From the NCBI GenBank assembly GCA_963812135.1, contig CAWETU010000001.1, positions 1,504,001-1,568,000 on the forward strand: a stretch of 64,000 nucleotides of DNA. The letters are read 5' to 3'. Below the pieces are notes generated by a model. It was not told the origin of the DNA. It did not search any database and worked only from the letters and a program-made list of their open reading frames with translations. This document shows, one piece after another, positions 48,412 through 62,806 of this stretch. Made by a program: the position numbers and the translations under genes. The first letter of the stretch is position 1; every line of letters starts with the position of its first letter. Source of the stretch: Vulcanimicrobiota bacterium. Lineage in GTDB: Bacteria > Vulcanimicrobiota > Vulcanimicrobiia > Eremiobacterales > Eremiobacteraceae.

Positions 48412-49498
48412 TTATGCGGGAGCGACCAAGCGAGCGCCGACGAACATGGCGTCGCCGAACGAATAGAACCGGTAGCCTTCGCGCACCGCGTCGGCGTATG
48501 CGCGCAGTGTACGCTCCGTGCCGGCGAACGCGCAGACGAGCATCAACAGCGTCGATCGCGGCAGGTGGAAATTCGTGATGAGCGCGTCGACGACGCGGAA
48601 CTCGAAGCCCGGATAGATGAATAGTTCCGTCCAGCGCGAGCCTGCAGCGACGCGTCCATCCGCAGTGCGCAACGCGGCGTCTTCGAGACTGCGCACGCTG
48701 GTCGTGCCGACCGCGATCACGCGGCCGCCCGCCGCTTTGGCGCGCGCGATCGCCGCGGCGGTCTGTTCCGAAATCGTGTAGCGCTCCGCGTGCATGGGAT
48801 GCTCGCGGATGTCGGCGGTCTTCACCGGACGGAACGTCCCCGCGCCGACGTCAAGCGTCAGCGTCGCCCAGTCCGCGCCGCGCGCGATCAGCGCGGCGAT
48901 CAGCTCAGGGGTGAAATGCAGGCCGGCGGTCGGTGCCGCAACCGATCCGTCGCGCGCGGCGTAGACGGTCTGATAGCGCTCGCCGGCGTCGGGCGGCGCG
49001 CTTGTGATGTACGGCGGCAGCGGCACGAGGCCGTAGGTCTCCATCGCGGCGGCGCGCGTCGAGCCCGTCGAAGCGCACGAGCCGCGTGCCGAATTCCGTG
49101 CGGTCCACGATTTCGATGCTATGCGAAGGGCTGAGGCTGAGACGATCGCCGACGCGGACGCGTTGGCCGGGCCGGACGAGCGCCTCCCACACGCCTTCGT
49201 CGCTCCCCTCGACCGGATGGAGCAGCAGCACCTCCGCCTTGCCTCCGCCGCGCCGCTGCGGACGAAAACGAGCGCGCAGCACGCGCGTGTCGTTGACGAC
49301 GAACAGATCACCCGGTCTGACGAACTCGACGAGGTCGCTGAACTTGCGGTGCGCGACCTCGTCGCCCACCACGAGCAGACGCGATTCATCGCGGCGCGCC
49401 GACGGGCGCTGCGCGATCAGCGACGGTGGTAGCTGATAATCGTAGCGATCCGTCTGGAAACGCGCTTGGTCGCGCGCATAATCCGCCGATGCAGCCAT
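48412..49498 (-). CDS. queA: S-adenosylmethionine:tRNA ribosyltransferase-isomerase; apparent +1 frameshift near 49055
   Basis: [19 protein letters not shown]; then [41 protein letters not shown]. Confidence 0.95.
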
Positions 49499-49509
49499 GG
49501 CGCGGTGCT

Positions 49510-50202
49510 TCAGTGGCTGGTGACGTTCACTGAGTCGACGTATTGGATGTCGTTGAACTCCGCCGCCGACAGAAAACGTTCGCCGGGCCGGTTGTCGAGC
49601 TTCACGCCCAGCGGCGGCGGCGTGCCCTGATGCGGATACGGATCTCGCACGACGGCAGCATACAAGCTCACGGGGCGGCTGAACAGGTCTGCATGATAGT
49701 AGATCGTCGTGAGTATCATCGCGTTGTGCGAGGTGAAGACGAGCAAAGGCGTTTCGTTCTGGAGCTGCCCCACGAGCGAGCGCAACGCCCCGCGCGATCC
49801 GTTTTGTGGCGATGAGAACACCGCGGTGCCGGTGGTGATGCTGACCGAATGGTCGGCGCTTGCGGTGTAGCTGTGATTCAGATACGTCTGCGCTTGGACC
49901 GGAGTCAGCGAATCAGGGACCGTCGCCCCGAAGATCGCTGACATGATGTCGGCTTGCGAGACGCCGCCGCCGTTGAACGCGATGAGCATCGCCATCGAGG
50001 TGGCCCATGCGCCTGCCTGGGTCTGCGCCGGCACGAACGCCGGATCCATGATGCGCGACTCGACATCCGCGCCGCAGACGTAACCGCCTCCGGTTCCGTA
50101 CATCTCGCGGCAGGGGATGGTCCCCGCCTTCGCTTGCCCGCTCGGATGCGACAGCGCGACCAAGATCGCGGCGACTCCCGCGGCGAAAAACCAACGCGGC
50201 AT
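49510..50202 (-). CDS. Secreted papain-like (C39-like) fold protein lacking the catalytic Cys
   Basis: SD GGGGG and signal peptide; QTQAGAWATSMAM, VSQADI, PLLV..HNAMIL, VRDPYP. Confidence 0.55.
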   Translation of the reverse strand: MPRWFFAAGVAAILVALSHPSGQAKAGTIPCREMYGTGGGYVCGADVESRIMDPAFVPAQTQAGAWATSMAMLIAFNGGGVSQADIMSAIFGATVPDSLTPVQAQTYLNHSYTASADHSVSITTGTAVFSSPQNGSRGALRSLVGQLQNETPLLVFTSHNAMILTTIYYHADLFSRPVSLYAAVVRDPYPHQGTPPPLGVKLDNRPGERFLSAAEFNDIQYVDSVNVTSH

Positions 50203-50216
50203 CGTACGTCCCCCTT

Positions 50217-51368
50217 TTAGATCTTCGACAGCATCGCGCCCTGGTAATAGAACGAGAGGATCGCGTTGATGCCTAACCCTTGATCCGCCATGTCCTTGGC
50301 GCCCCACTGGCTCATGCCGACGCCGTGGCCGAAGCCCGATCCTTTGACGACGATCGCATCGCCGTCGAGCGCCAGTGACGCGATGCGCGTGCTCTTGACG
50401 AGATGCCTTCCGGCAAGCTGGCGGAACTGCGGGCCCGTGATGGTGCGCACGCCGCCCGTGCCGCTCACCGTCACGCTGATGAGCCGGCCGGACGCGTCGG
50501 CTGGGCCTGCGGCCACCGCGGCGATGTCGCCGATGTCGGCGACCTGCTCGCGGAACGCTTGCGCGAAGGACGCGAGCGGCACGCGCGCGGACCACGACAG
50601 ATGCGGCGACTCTCCGGCGTACGGGTCGGGATGCGCTCGCAGATATGGCTCGGGGTCGGCGAGGTTGTCGCCGTCGGCGGTGTAGCCCCCGTCGCAAGAC
50701 GAGTAATACGCCTTGACGACATGATATTGATAGACGAGGATGACGCCGCGCGTCGACTCGACGGCATCGACCGAGCTCTGCGTCTCGGCGTTGACGCCGC
50801 CGTATGCTTGGTCGAGCTCGCCGGCTTTGATGTCGTAGCCCGGGTATTCGTGCAACGCCGCGCGGGCGACGGCGTAGCTGCGCGAGGCGATCGCTTGGGC
50901 TTGCAGCGCGACTTGCGGCCACGCCGGATCCATCTCGACGCCGACGACGCCGTACAGATACTGCTCGAGGTCCAGTTCGTCGATGACTTCGAGCGTGCCG
51001 TCATCGTCGCGCACGATCCACACTTTGCCGCGATACGTCCGGCCATCCACCACCAGCGGAGAATCCATGAGCGGCTCCGCCAGGACCCGCGATCCCGTGT
51101 TCACCGCGCCGGCGAGCAGCAGGCCGCCCGTGCCGGGGCGAACGTCCAACACCGTCGTGATCTCTGGCTCGAGCAACGGCGCGTTGCCGCCCTCCGGGCT
51201 GCGCACGACGACGCCGCTTTCCGAAGCGACGATCGTCTGGAGCTGGTGCGCGGCGATCTGCACGCGGATCGTCTGCGCACAGCCGGGGCGTGACGCAAGC
51301 AGCGCGATGCAAGCGGCGATTCCGGCGATCAAGGCCGCGCGGCCCGACGCGAGGGTCGCATGTCTCAC
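50217..51368 (-). CDS. SpoIID/LytB domain protein (lytic transglycosylase family)
   Basis: YRGK, LEQYLYGVVGVEM, ALQAQAIASRSYA, DQAYGG, GFGHGVGMSQWGA. Confidence 0.9.
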   Translation of the reverse strand: MRHATLASGRAALIAGIAACIALLASRPGCAQTIRVQIAAHQLQTIVASESGVVVRSPEGGNAPLLEPEITTVLDVRPGTGGLLLAGAVNTGSRVLAEPLMDSPLVVDGRTYRGKVWIVRDDDGTLEVIDELDLEQYLYGVVGVEMDPAWPQVALQAQAIASRSYAVARAALHEYPGYDIKAGELDQAYGGVNAETQSSVDAVESTRGVILVYQYHVVKAYYSSCDGGYTADGDNLADPEPYLRAHPDPYAGESPHLSWSARVPLASFAQAFREQVADIGDIAAVAAGPADASGRLISVTVSGTGGVRTITGPQFRQLAGRHLVKSTRIASLALDGDAIVVKGSGFGHGVGMSQWGAKDMADQGLGINAILSFYYQGAMLSKI

Positions 51369-52429
51369 AGCAGACGTGGCTGCTCGCTCCCGCTCAAGCC
51401 CAGATGGGCTTTCGCTTTCGCGGTCGCCCGCCGGCCGCCGGCGGTGCGTTGCAAGAACCCTATCTGGATGAGGAACGGCTCGACGACGTCGGTCAGCGTG
51501 TCTTCTTCTTCATTCACGCTCGCGGCAAGCGCGCCGATGCCCACCGGTCCTCCGCCGTACTGCACGATCAGCGCGCGCAAGAACGCGCGATCGAGCGCGT
51601 CGAGGCCTAGCAGGTCGATGCCCTCGAGCGTCAGCGCGGCTTGCGCTACTTCGCGGTCGATGATGCCGTGGGCTTTGACCTGCGCGAAGTCGCGCACGCG
51701 GCGCAACAGGCGATTCGCGATGCGCGGCGTGCCGCGCGCGCGGCCGGCGATCTCGGCGGCGCCGTCCGGCTCGATGGTCACGCCGAGCACTTGCGCCGAG
51801 TGCTCCACGATGCGCTGGACGTCATCGGGCGAGTAATAGTCTAGGTGATGGACGATGCCGAAGCGCTCGCGCAACGGCGCGGTGAGCAACCCGGCTCGTG
51901 TCGTCGCGCCGATCAGCGTGAATTGCTTGAGGTTGATCTTGATCGTCTTGGCGTAGGCGCCGCGGTCGACCATGAAGTCGATCGCAAAATCTTCCATCGC
52001 CGGATACAAGAACTCTTCGACGACGTGGCTCAGGCGATGGATCTCGTCGACGAACAGCACGTCGCCGCGCCCGAGGTTGGTGAGGATGCCCACGAGATCG
52101 CCCGGCCGCTCGAGCGTCGGGCCAGACACCTGGTGGAACGTCGCAGCCATCTCGCGCGCGACGATGTTGGCGAGCGTCGTCTTGCCGAGCCCGGGCGGGC
52201 CGTGCAAGAGCACATGGTCGAGCGGTTCGCCGCGCTTGTGCGCCGCCTCGATGGAGATCTTTAAATTCTCGACGATGCCCTGCTGGCCGACGTAGTGCTC
52301 GAAGCCCGTGGGACGCAGCGTGACCGTGATGATCTGATCTTCGATCGATTCCGTGGGTGCGACGAGCGGATGGCGCTGCGAGCCCGCGTCGTCATCGCCG
52401 GCGGCGGCGATCGGTTTGCGCGGCGTCAT
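51365..52429 (-). CDS. ruvB: Holliday junction branch migration helicase
   Basis: LRP, GPPGLGKTTLA, DEIHR, GATTRAG, RGTPRIANRLL, GGPVG. Confidence 0.98.
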   Translation of the reverse strand: MTPRKPIAAAGDDDAGSQRHPLVAPTESIEDQIITVTLRPTGFEHYVGQQGIVENLKISIEAAHKRGEPLDHVLLHGPPGLGKTTLANIVAREMAATFHQVSGPTLERPGDLVGILTNLGRGDVLFVDEIHRLSHVVEEFLYPAMEDFAIDFMVDRGAYAKTIKINLKQFTLIGATTRAGLLTAPLRERFGIVHHLDYYSPDDVQRIVEHSAQVLGVTIEPDGAAEIAGRARGTPRIANRLLRRVRDFAQVKAHGIIDREVAQAALTLEGIDLLGLDALDRAFLRALIVQYGGGPVGIGALAASVNEEEDTLTDVVEPFLIQIGFLQRTAGGRRATAKAKAHLGLSGSEQPRLL

Positions 52430-53136
52430 TTGCGTGAGACGCGAGCTTCGCTCGCGTCGTCACCCAAGCTTCGCTTGGGTGCTACATTCTTACGATCGGG
52501 TGCTACGTTCTTGCGGTCGGGGACATCTCGCGCTTGGCGGTAGACCGCGGTCAGCAATTCTTCCGCGCTCGAGATCGAGCCGTTCGCGGCCATCGCTTCT
52601 TTGACCATGCGCTCGGCTTCGCCGCGCTTGTACTGCAGCTGCAGCAGCACTTCCATCGCCTCCGCGACGTGATCGGGCTGCGCGGCGGCTGCATGTGACT
52701 CGCCTTGGATCAACCCGAAGCGCGCGACCTTGCCCTGCAGCTTGGCGACGATGTCCTTGGCTTTTTGGTCGCCGATGCCCGGCAGGCGGCGCAGTGCATC
52801 GCGATCGCCGTCGTCGATGTAGCGCGCGATCTCCGCCATCGGCCGAGCGAAGGCCCGGACCGCCGTCTTGGGGCCGACGCTTGAGACACTGAGCAGCGCT
52901 TCGAAGAAATCGCGTTCGACGCCGTTGGTGAAACCGATGTACGCGGGCATGCCGCGATTGCCGTCGATCTGCAGATACGAGTACACTTCGAGCATCACCG
53001 GGCGACCGAGCTCGACGCGCGCGATCTTGTCCATCACGCAACCCGGCAGCATGACGTCGTAGGACAGGCCACCGACGTCGATGAGCACGGAGTTGTCACG
53101 CCGTTCGCGCAGCAGCCCTTCGATGCGCGAGAACAT
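52426..53136 (-). CDS. ruvA: Holliday junction branch migration protein with a repeat-derived C-terminal tail
   Basis: IDVGGLSY, VSSVGPKTA, LPGIG HhH motifs; lies between ruvC and ruvB. Confidence 0.93.
   Translation of the reverse strand: MFSRIEGLLRERRDNSVLIDVGGLSYDVMLPGCVMDKIARVELGRPVMLEVYSYLQIDGNRGMPAYIGFTNGVERDFFEALLSVSSVGPKTAVRAFARPMAEIARYIDDGDRDALRRLPGIGDQKAKDIVAKLQGKVARFGLIQGESHAAAAQPDHVAEAMEVLLQLQYKRGEAERMVKEAMAANGSISSAEELLTAVYRQARDVPDRKNVAPDRKNVAPKRSLGDDASEARVSRK
52434..52485. repeat. REP-doublet-like element (family B) inside the ruvA 3' end
   Basis: Two perfect 9-bp-arm palindromes, GACGCGAGC-TTC-GCTCGCGTC (52438-52458) and CACCCAAGC-TTC-GCTTGGGTG (52461-52481), bounded by GTGA and CTAC. 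Confidence 0.75.
52477..52521 (+). repeat. 21-bp in-frame tandem duplication in ruvA
   Basis: gggtgctacattcttacgatc / gggtgctacgttcttgcggtc, encoding PDRKNVA twice. Confidence 0.8.
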
Positions 53137-53624
53137 CAGCGCACCCGCCGCCCGTTACGGTGCGCGCAGGCGATCGCCAGCGCGAGCGCGTCGGTGACGT
53201 CAGCCGGACGCGGCACCTTGGCAAGGCGCAGTATTTGCACGACCATCCTCGCCACTTGTTCCTTAGAGGCGCCGCCGCTTCCGGCAAGCGCGCGTTTGAC
53301 GCTCGTCGCCGAGAACTCCACCACCTCAAGGCGGGCACCGGCGACCGCCGCGAGCAGCGCGCCGCGCGCGTGCGCCATCATGATCGTCGTCTTCGGGTTC
53401 ACGGCTCGCGCGAAGACCTCTTCGATCGCGACGAGGTCGGGACGCGTCGCCTTGATGATCGCCTGCAAGCTGTCGTTGATGTCGCCGAGGCGCGCAGTGA
53501 AGGTCTGTGCGCGGCCGTCGGTCGTGATGATGCCGGCCTCGATGAGGCGCACGACGCTGCCGCGGCTCTCGATCACGCCGTAGCCGGTCGAGCGAACGCT
53601 TGGGTCGATGCCTAAGACGCGCAT
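53136..53624 (-). CDS. ruvC: Crossover junction endodeoxyribonuclease
   Basis: VLGIDPS..TGYGV, AIEEVF, GASKEQV, DVTDALALA. Confidence 0.96.
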   Translation of the reverse strand: MRVLGIDPSVRSTGYGVIESRGSVVRLIEAGIITTDGRAQTFTARLGDINDSLQAIIKATRPDLVAIEEVFARAVNPKTTIMMAHARGALLAAVAGARLEVVEFSATSVKRALAGSGGASKEQVARMVVQILRLAKVPRPADVTDALALAIACAHRNGRRVR

Positions 53625-53628
53625 GCCG

Positions 53629-55723
53629 TCATTTGCCGACGATGAGCGTCACCGCGCTGCCGGCCGAGGGCGTCGTGCCGACGGGCGGATCGGTGCTCAG
53701 CACCTTCGCGTCGGCCGGCGAGCCGGGCAGCACCGTGACGCGGTCGACGCGATAGCCGTTGCGCTCCAGCACCGCTTTTGCCTGATCGACCGACAACCCG
53801 ACGACGTTAGGCACCGGTACTCCTGGCACCGCGCCCTGTCCGTCGGGACTCGCAGCGGGTGCGGCCGAGCTCGCTCCGGCCGAAACCACGACGTCGATCG
53901 CGGCGCCTTGGCTCACGCGCGCGAATGCGCCAGGCGTCTGACTGACGACGGTGCCGGGCGGCTTGTCGGGCACGTCGGCCTGCACGATGTTGCCGACGGT
54001 GAGCCCTGCGCTCGCGAGCTGCTGCCGCGCCGCGTCGAGCGTCTGGCCGACGAGCATCGGCACTTCGATCTCCGCCGGCCCCGCGCTCACGTCGGCCATG
54101 ACGGTGCCGCCGGGCGCCAGGCTGCCGCGCTCGCTCGGATCCTGGCTCAAGATCACGTCGGCCGGGATGTTGGTGACCGCGATGCGCGAGTTCACGCCCA
54201 GTTTCAAGCCGAGTTTGGCGAGCAGTTTAGTCGCCTCATCGAGCGTCATCGAAACGATGTTGGGCACGGTCACCATCGCGGGGCCCAAGCTGACGCTCGT
54301 CACGACGGTGCCGCCTTTGCCCAGCGGCGAGCCGGGTGCCGGGTTGGTCGCGGCGACCAGACCCGCTTTGACCGTCGCGCTATGGATCGGCGCGCCGGTC
54401 TTCACGACGAAACCTTGCGCGCTGAGATATTCTTGCGCGTTTTTTGGCTCCTGGCCGAGGACGTTCGGCACCTCGACGGTTGGCGGTCCGGTGCTCACGA
54501 GCAGCGTGACGGGGGTGCCGGGCTGCACGGGCTGATTCGTCGCGGGCTCCGTGCCGGAGACTAAACCACCTTGCACCGTCTGATCCGGGCCTTGTCTGAT
54601 GGCGACGTCATCGATGCCGAGCGCGTGCAGCGTCGCGATCGACTCGGCGACCGATTTGCCGGTCAGGTCGGGGACGCGCATGTTGTGCGACGATGCCTGT
54701 CGGGCGGCGAGCACGAGGGCCACGATAACAAGCAGCGCTACGAGGCCGCCTACGTACGCCAGCGCGCGTCCGGCGCGCCACGCCGGCGGCCGTTGCTCGG
54801 GCGGCAGGTCGGAAGGTTTGGCGCCGGCCTCGACCATCGTTTGGCGCGCCCGGCGTCGCAAGATCTCGGTCGGCGCATCGGGGCCGGCTTCTTCTTCAAC
54901 GTCGTCGTCTTCGACGTGTCCGCGCACGAGTTGGCGCAGCGCGCCGAGCAGCTCGCCGGCCGAATGATAGCGCTCCTCCGGAGCCTTGCGCAGCAGCTTG
55001 CTGATGATGCCGGCGAAATGCGCGCTGATCGCCGCGCCTTTGCGCGAGCGGATCGGGCGCCGGTTCGCGCACGATCGCGTCGGCAAGCGCGTCGTTATCG
55101 GCGGCAGTGAACGGCCGAGCGCCCGTCACCATCTCGTAGAGCACGGCTCCAAGACTGTACAGATCGCTTGCCTCGCTCACGCGTTGGCCTGTCAGCGCTT
55201 CGGGCGGACAATACGGCAGTGACCCGAGCACGACATCCGCGTCCTCGCCGACCGCGTGCGCGATGCCGAAATCCGTCACGCGCACGACATCCTCGCGCGT
55301 GATGAGGATGTTGGACGGCTTGATGTCGCGATGCAGCAGCTCTTGGCGGTGCGCTGCCGCGAGCGCGGCGCAGATCTGACGCGCATAGCGCACCGCGACG
55401 GATTCTGGCAAGCGGCCCTGCCGCGCGATCAGCGTCCCAAGCGTCTCGCCCGGCACGTATTCCTCGACGATATAGTGCTCGCCGCCGACCTTGCCGACGT
55501 CGTATGTCGTCACGATGTTCGGATGCGACAGCTTCGCCGCTGCTTGCGCTTCGAAGTCGAAGCGCTGCACGAATGCCGCGTCCGCCGAGAATGCCGGGCG
55601 CAGCACTTTGATGGCCACTTGGCGCCGCAAGATGAGATCGTATCCGCGGAACACCACGGCCATGCCGCCCTCGCCGATCTTCGCGTCGAGGCGGTAACGG
55701 TCGTTGTAGATGACGTCTGCCAT
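53629..55723 (-). CDS. pknB: PknB-type Ser/Thr kinase with a TM helix and several PASTA domains; apparent +1 frameshift near 55038
   Basis: IGEGGMAVV, VAIKVL, HRDIKPSN, DFG; VPDLTG, VPNVLG, VPNIVS, VPMLVG and VPNVVG PASTA starts. Confidence 0.88.
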
Positions 55724-57120
55724 TATTGTTGATACATCGGAAGGATCGACGTGAGGATGTCGCGCGCGACCGGCGCCGCGACGGCGCCGCCGTAGCCCGC
55801 GTCTTCGACGATCACCGCCACGACGAGGCGCGGGTGCTCGGCGGGCGCGAAACACACGAACCAGGCGTCCGGCGGCGCGCCGACGTGCGTGCCTGTCCCC
55901 GTTTTTCCGGCGACCGTCACTCCGGAGATTCGCGCTGCGGTGCCGGTACCATTGCGCACCACCGCGATCATCATCGTCCGCATCTCGTCGGCGGTCGTCA
56001 GCGACATCACGCGCTCCCACACGGCCGGGGGGACGTCGAGCGCATGCCCGGGTCCGAACCGGAACTGCTTGACCAGTTGCGGGCGCATCATAATGCCGTG
56101 GTTGGCGATCGTCGAGGCGACCAGCGCCATGCGCAGCGGGGTGACCGCCAGTCCGCCTTGGCCGAACGACATCTGCGCCAGCTCCGACGGCGAGACGGTC
56201 TCCTTGAGCGGCACCTCATCGCGCGCAGCGGGCACGGCGACCTGCGGATCGTCGCCGACGTGGAAGCGATGCAGATAATCGTAGAAACCGTCCAAGCCGA
56301 GCCGGATGCCGATCTGGGCAAAGTCCACGTTGCTCGAGAGCGCGAACGCATTGACGAGATTCTGGGTGCCGGTCACCTCGTGCCGGTCGTTTTCGACTTT
56401 GAAGGAGCCGATCGCGAAATAGCCGGGATCGGTGAACGTGTCGGTAGGGACGACGACGCCGCTATCGAGCGCAGCGCTCCCCGTGACCATCTTGAACGTC
56501 GAGCCGGGCGGATACAACCCGGCGAATGCGCGGTCCAACAGCGGCGAGTTCGGGTTGGAACGCAACGCCTTCCACTGCGTTCCCAAGATGTTCGGATCGA
56601 ACGTCGGACGGTTGACTGCCGCGAGGATCGCGCCGTTGCGCGGATCCATGACGATCGCGGCGCCGCGCACGCCTGGCGGCAGGGCGTCGTCCACCGCTTT
56701 GGCGATGTCGGCGCGCAGCGTGAGCACGACGTCGCCGCCGGTGCGTGTCGACGTCTGGCCAACCGGCCGGAAGAAACCGCCGATGTCTGCGCCGCCCGCA
56801 GCCGGCAACGGCGCGGCAAGCACCGAGTCCAGCGCGGCCTCCAGACCGGACTCGCCGTAGACCGGCGAGGAGTAGCCGACGAGCTGCGCGAGCGCCGTCC
56901 CCGCGCTGTACAAGCGGCGAACGCCCTTGGTCTGCGCGAGCGGCACGCCGCGCGCGTCGAGCAGCGCGCCTCGGTAATCATTCGTCAGGCTGCGTCGCGG
57001 GTTGCCGGGGCGTTGTGAGATCGTCGCACGCTGCACGATCTGGACGCGTATCTCTTGTACGGCCAGCAGCGCGAACAGCGCGATGAAGACGACCACCACG
57101 CGCGTCAGACGGGATCGCAT
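55723..57120 (-). CDS. Class B penicillin-binding protein (PbpA-like)
   Basis: YPPGSTFK (SxxK), SSN, GKTGT; N-terminal TM; adjacent to pknB. Confidence 0.92.
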   Translation of the reverse strand: MRSRLTRVVVVFIALFALLAVQEIRVQIVQRATISQRPGNPRRSLTNDYRGALLDARGVPLAQTKGVRRLYSAGTALAQLVGYSSPVYGESGLEAALDSVLAAPLPAAGGADIGGFFRPVGQTSTRTGGDVVLTLRADIAKAVDDALPPGVRGAAIVMDPRNGAILAAVNRPTFDPNILGTQWKALRSNPNSPLLDRAFAGLYPPGSTFKMVTGSAALDSGVVVPTDTFTDPGYFAIGSFKVENDRHEVTGTQNLVNAFALSSNVDFAQIGIRLGLDGFYDYLHRFHVGDDPQVAVPAARDEVPLKETVSPSELAQMSFGQGGLAVTPLRMALVASTIANHGIMMRPQLVKQFRFGPGHALDVPPAVWERVMSLTTADEMRTMMIAVVRNGTGTAARISGVTVAGKTGTGTHVGAPPDAWFVCFAPAEHPRLVVAVIVEDAGYGGAVAAPVARDILTSILPMYQQ

Positions 57121-57129
57121 GTTCCGCAC

Positions 57130-60344
<3,215 letters not shown>

Positions 60345-60348
<4 letters not shown>

Positions 60349-61448
60349 GCTTTCCCCGCGCGCTGTTCGAGGCCGTGCACGAAATCGGCGAACAGATGGC
60401 GCGCGTCCGTCGGTCCGGGCGACGCTTCGGGATGGAACTGCACCGACTCGATCGGCAGCCGCCGGTGGCGCAATCCTTCGTTGGTCCCGTCGTTGAGATT
60501 GATCATCGTCTGCTCGACGTCGGGCGGCAGCGATGCGGGGTCCACCGCGTAGCCGTGGTTTTGCGCGGTGACGATGACGTCTTTGGTGTCGACGCGCTGC
60601 ACGGGCTGGTTGCCGCCGCGATGACCGTACTTCAATTTGAAGGTCGAGGCGCCGAGCGCCAGGGCGAGCACTTGGTGGCCGAGGCAGATGCCGAACGTGG
60701 GCAGCTTGCCGTACTCGACGACGCGACGCAAGGTGTCGACGACGCCGGTCAGCTCGGCGGGATCGCCCGGCCCGTTGCTGACCACCAACCCATCGGGTTT
60801 GAGCGCCATCAATGCTTCGAACGACGTGTCGAACGGCGCTTCGACGACTTGCGCGCCCGCCGCCGCGAGGCAATCCGCGATGTTCTCTTTCGCGCCGCAA
60901 TCCAGCAGCGCGACGCGCACGCGCCCGCCGGGGCGGTCGAGGTCGTGGCCGCTCTCCACCGCGCGCACGAGGTCGGGCGTGGACAGCGGCTGCGCGACGT
61001 AGCGTTGGAGGTCGCTCGGCGCTTTGGCGATCGCCGCATCGCCGACGGCGAGCACCGAACGCATCGTGCCGGCCTCGCGCAAGCGGATCACGAGCGAGCG
61101 CGTGTCGACGCCTTCGATGCCGCGCACGCCGCCGGTCTCCATCCATTGGTCGAGCCGGCCGCTGCTGCGATAGTGGCTAGGATGCTTGCTCACACGCTTG
61201 AAGACGGCGCCTGCCGCGCAGATCGATTTGTGTTGGCGGACCGCAGGGTCGATGCCGTAGTTGCCGATGAGCGGATAGCAGAACGTGATGATCTGCCCGG
61301 CATACGATGGATCGGTGAGCGCCTCTTCGTAACCGGTCACGCCGGTGAAGAACACCGCCTCTCCCAAGGCGGTGCCGTCCGGTCCGATCGCGGCGCCTTC
61401 ATACGCCGCGCCGTCGGCCAATAAGAGGAGCGCAGGCCGCCTCGTCAC
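60345..61448 (-). CDS. carA: Carbamoyl-phosphate synthase small subunit
   Basis: [43 protein letters not shown]. Confidence 0.97.
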
Positions 61449-62802
61449 GTGCGCACCGCGGTCTTCGCACCGCTCGCCGGCCTGGGTTCAGCGGCAGCGC
61501 GGTCTTGTTCGTCGGCGCGGTGCACGATCGCACCGGCCACGACCGTGAGCGCTGGGCGGACTTTGAACGTCCGGCCGGCAAACGGCGTCACTTTGCCCAT
61601 CGAGAGGAAGCGCTGCGGGTCCACCGTCCACGGGCGGTCGAGATACAAGCCGGTGATGTCGGCAGGTGCGCCGACGGCGAGCGTGCCGCCCCGCACGCCG
61701 AGCAGCGCGGCGACGTTGCTCGAAAAATTCGCGATCATCGTCTTTATCGGCACGTCGGGCAGCGCGTCGAACGTCGCGGCGACTGCGGTCTCCAAACCGG
61801 TGAAGCCGACGCACGCGTGCGAGAGCGGCGGTTCTTTCTCGGCCGCGGTATGCGGCGCGTGGTCGCTCGCGAAAATCGTGATGGTGCCGTCGCGCACCGC
61901 GTCGCGCAGCGCCTCGACGTCCGCTTCGGTGCGCAGCGGCGGATTGACGCGCATCGCGGCGTCGAAGCCGCGCAAGAGCTCGTGCGTGCACTGCAGGTGG
62001 TGGGGCGTGACTTCGGCGGTGACGCCGATGCCGGCGGTGCGCGCCCAGCGCAAGACATCGAGCGTCATGCGCGTGCTCACGTGGCAGAGATGCCACGCTT
62101 TACCGGTCGCCTGCGCGACGAGCAGATCGCGAGCGGCGATCGCGGCCTCGGCGAGCGCCGGCGAGCCGGGGACACCAAGCAGGTCGCTGATCTCGCCTTC
62201 GTGCATGAGCGCGCCGGCGAAGCTCGGGTCTTCGCAATGCGAGAGGAACGGTTGCGGCAGGTCAGCGATCAGCTTCGCCGCGTGATACAACGTCTTGAGC
62301 GAGCGCGTTGCGTTGCCGTCGTCGGAGAAAGCGACCGCGCCCGCCGCAACCATCGAGCGCAGCGGCGCGAGCGCTTCGCCATCGCGGCCCTTGGTGATCG
62401 CGCCGATCGCGTAACATCGCGCCGAGTGCAGCGCTGCGGCGTCGGCGATCAAGCGGGCCACGCGCGACGCGTCATCCATGGCCGGCCGCACGTTGGGCAT
62501 CGCCGCGATGGCGGCGAACCCGCCGGCCGCCGCCGCGGCGAGCGCGGTGCGCAGCGTCTCTTTGTGGGTCTCGCCCGGTTCACGGGCGTGGACGTGAGGA
62601 TCGATGAAACCCGGACAGAGCACCATGCCGGCGCAGTCGACGCGTTCGGTGTGCGGGTCCGCCGCCGCCGGCGCGCGATCGAGCAGCGCGGTGACGACGC
62701 CGTTGCGGACCACGATCGTTCGGATGGCGTCCAGACCGAGCACCGGGTCGACGACTCGCGCGCCGACGAAGTCGCGGTTCTCGGATTTGGTCAGCGGGTT
62801 TT

Positions 62803-62806
<4 letters not shown>
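61445..62806 (-). CDS. pyrC: Dihydroorotase
   Basis: PGFIDPHVHAREPG, MPN, HCED, EVTPHHL, NPPLR, SDHAPH. Confidence 0.95.

Noticed and set aside
60349..61146. Long N-terminal extension of CarB in the ORF track (likewise for glmM, pknB and the 49510 ORF)
   Set aside because: The extensions overlap upstream genes in another frame; family N-termini and ATGA/GTGA couplings mark the true starts
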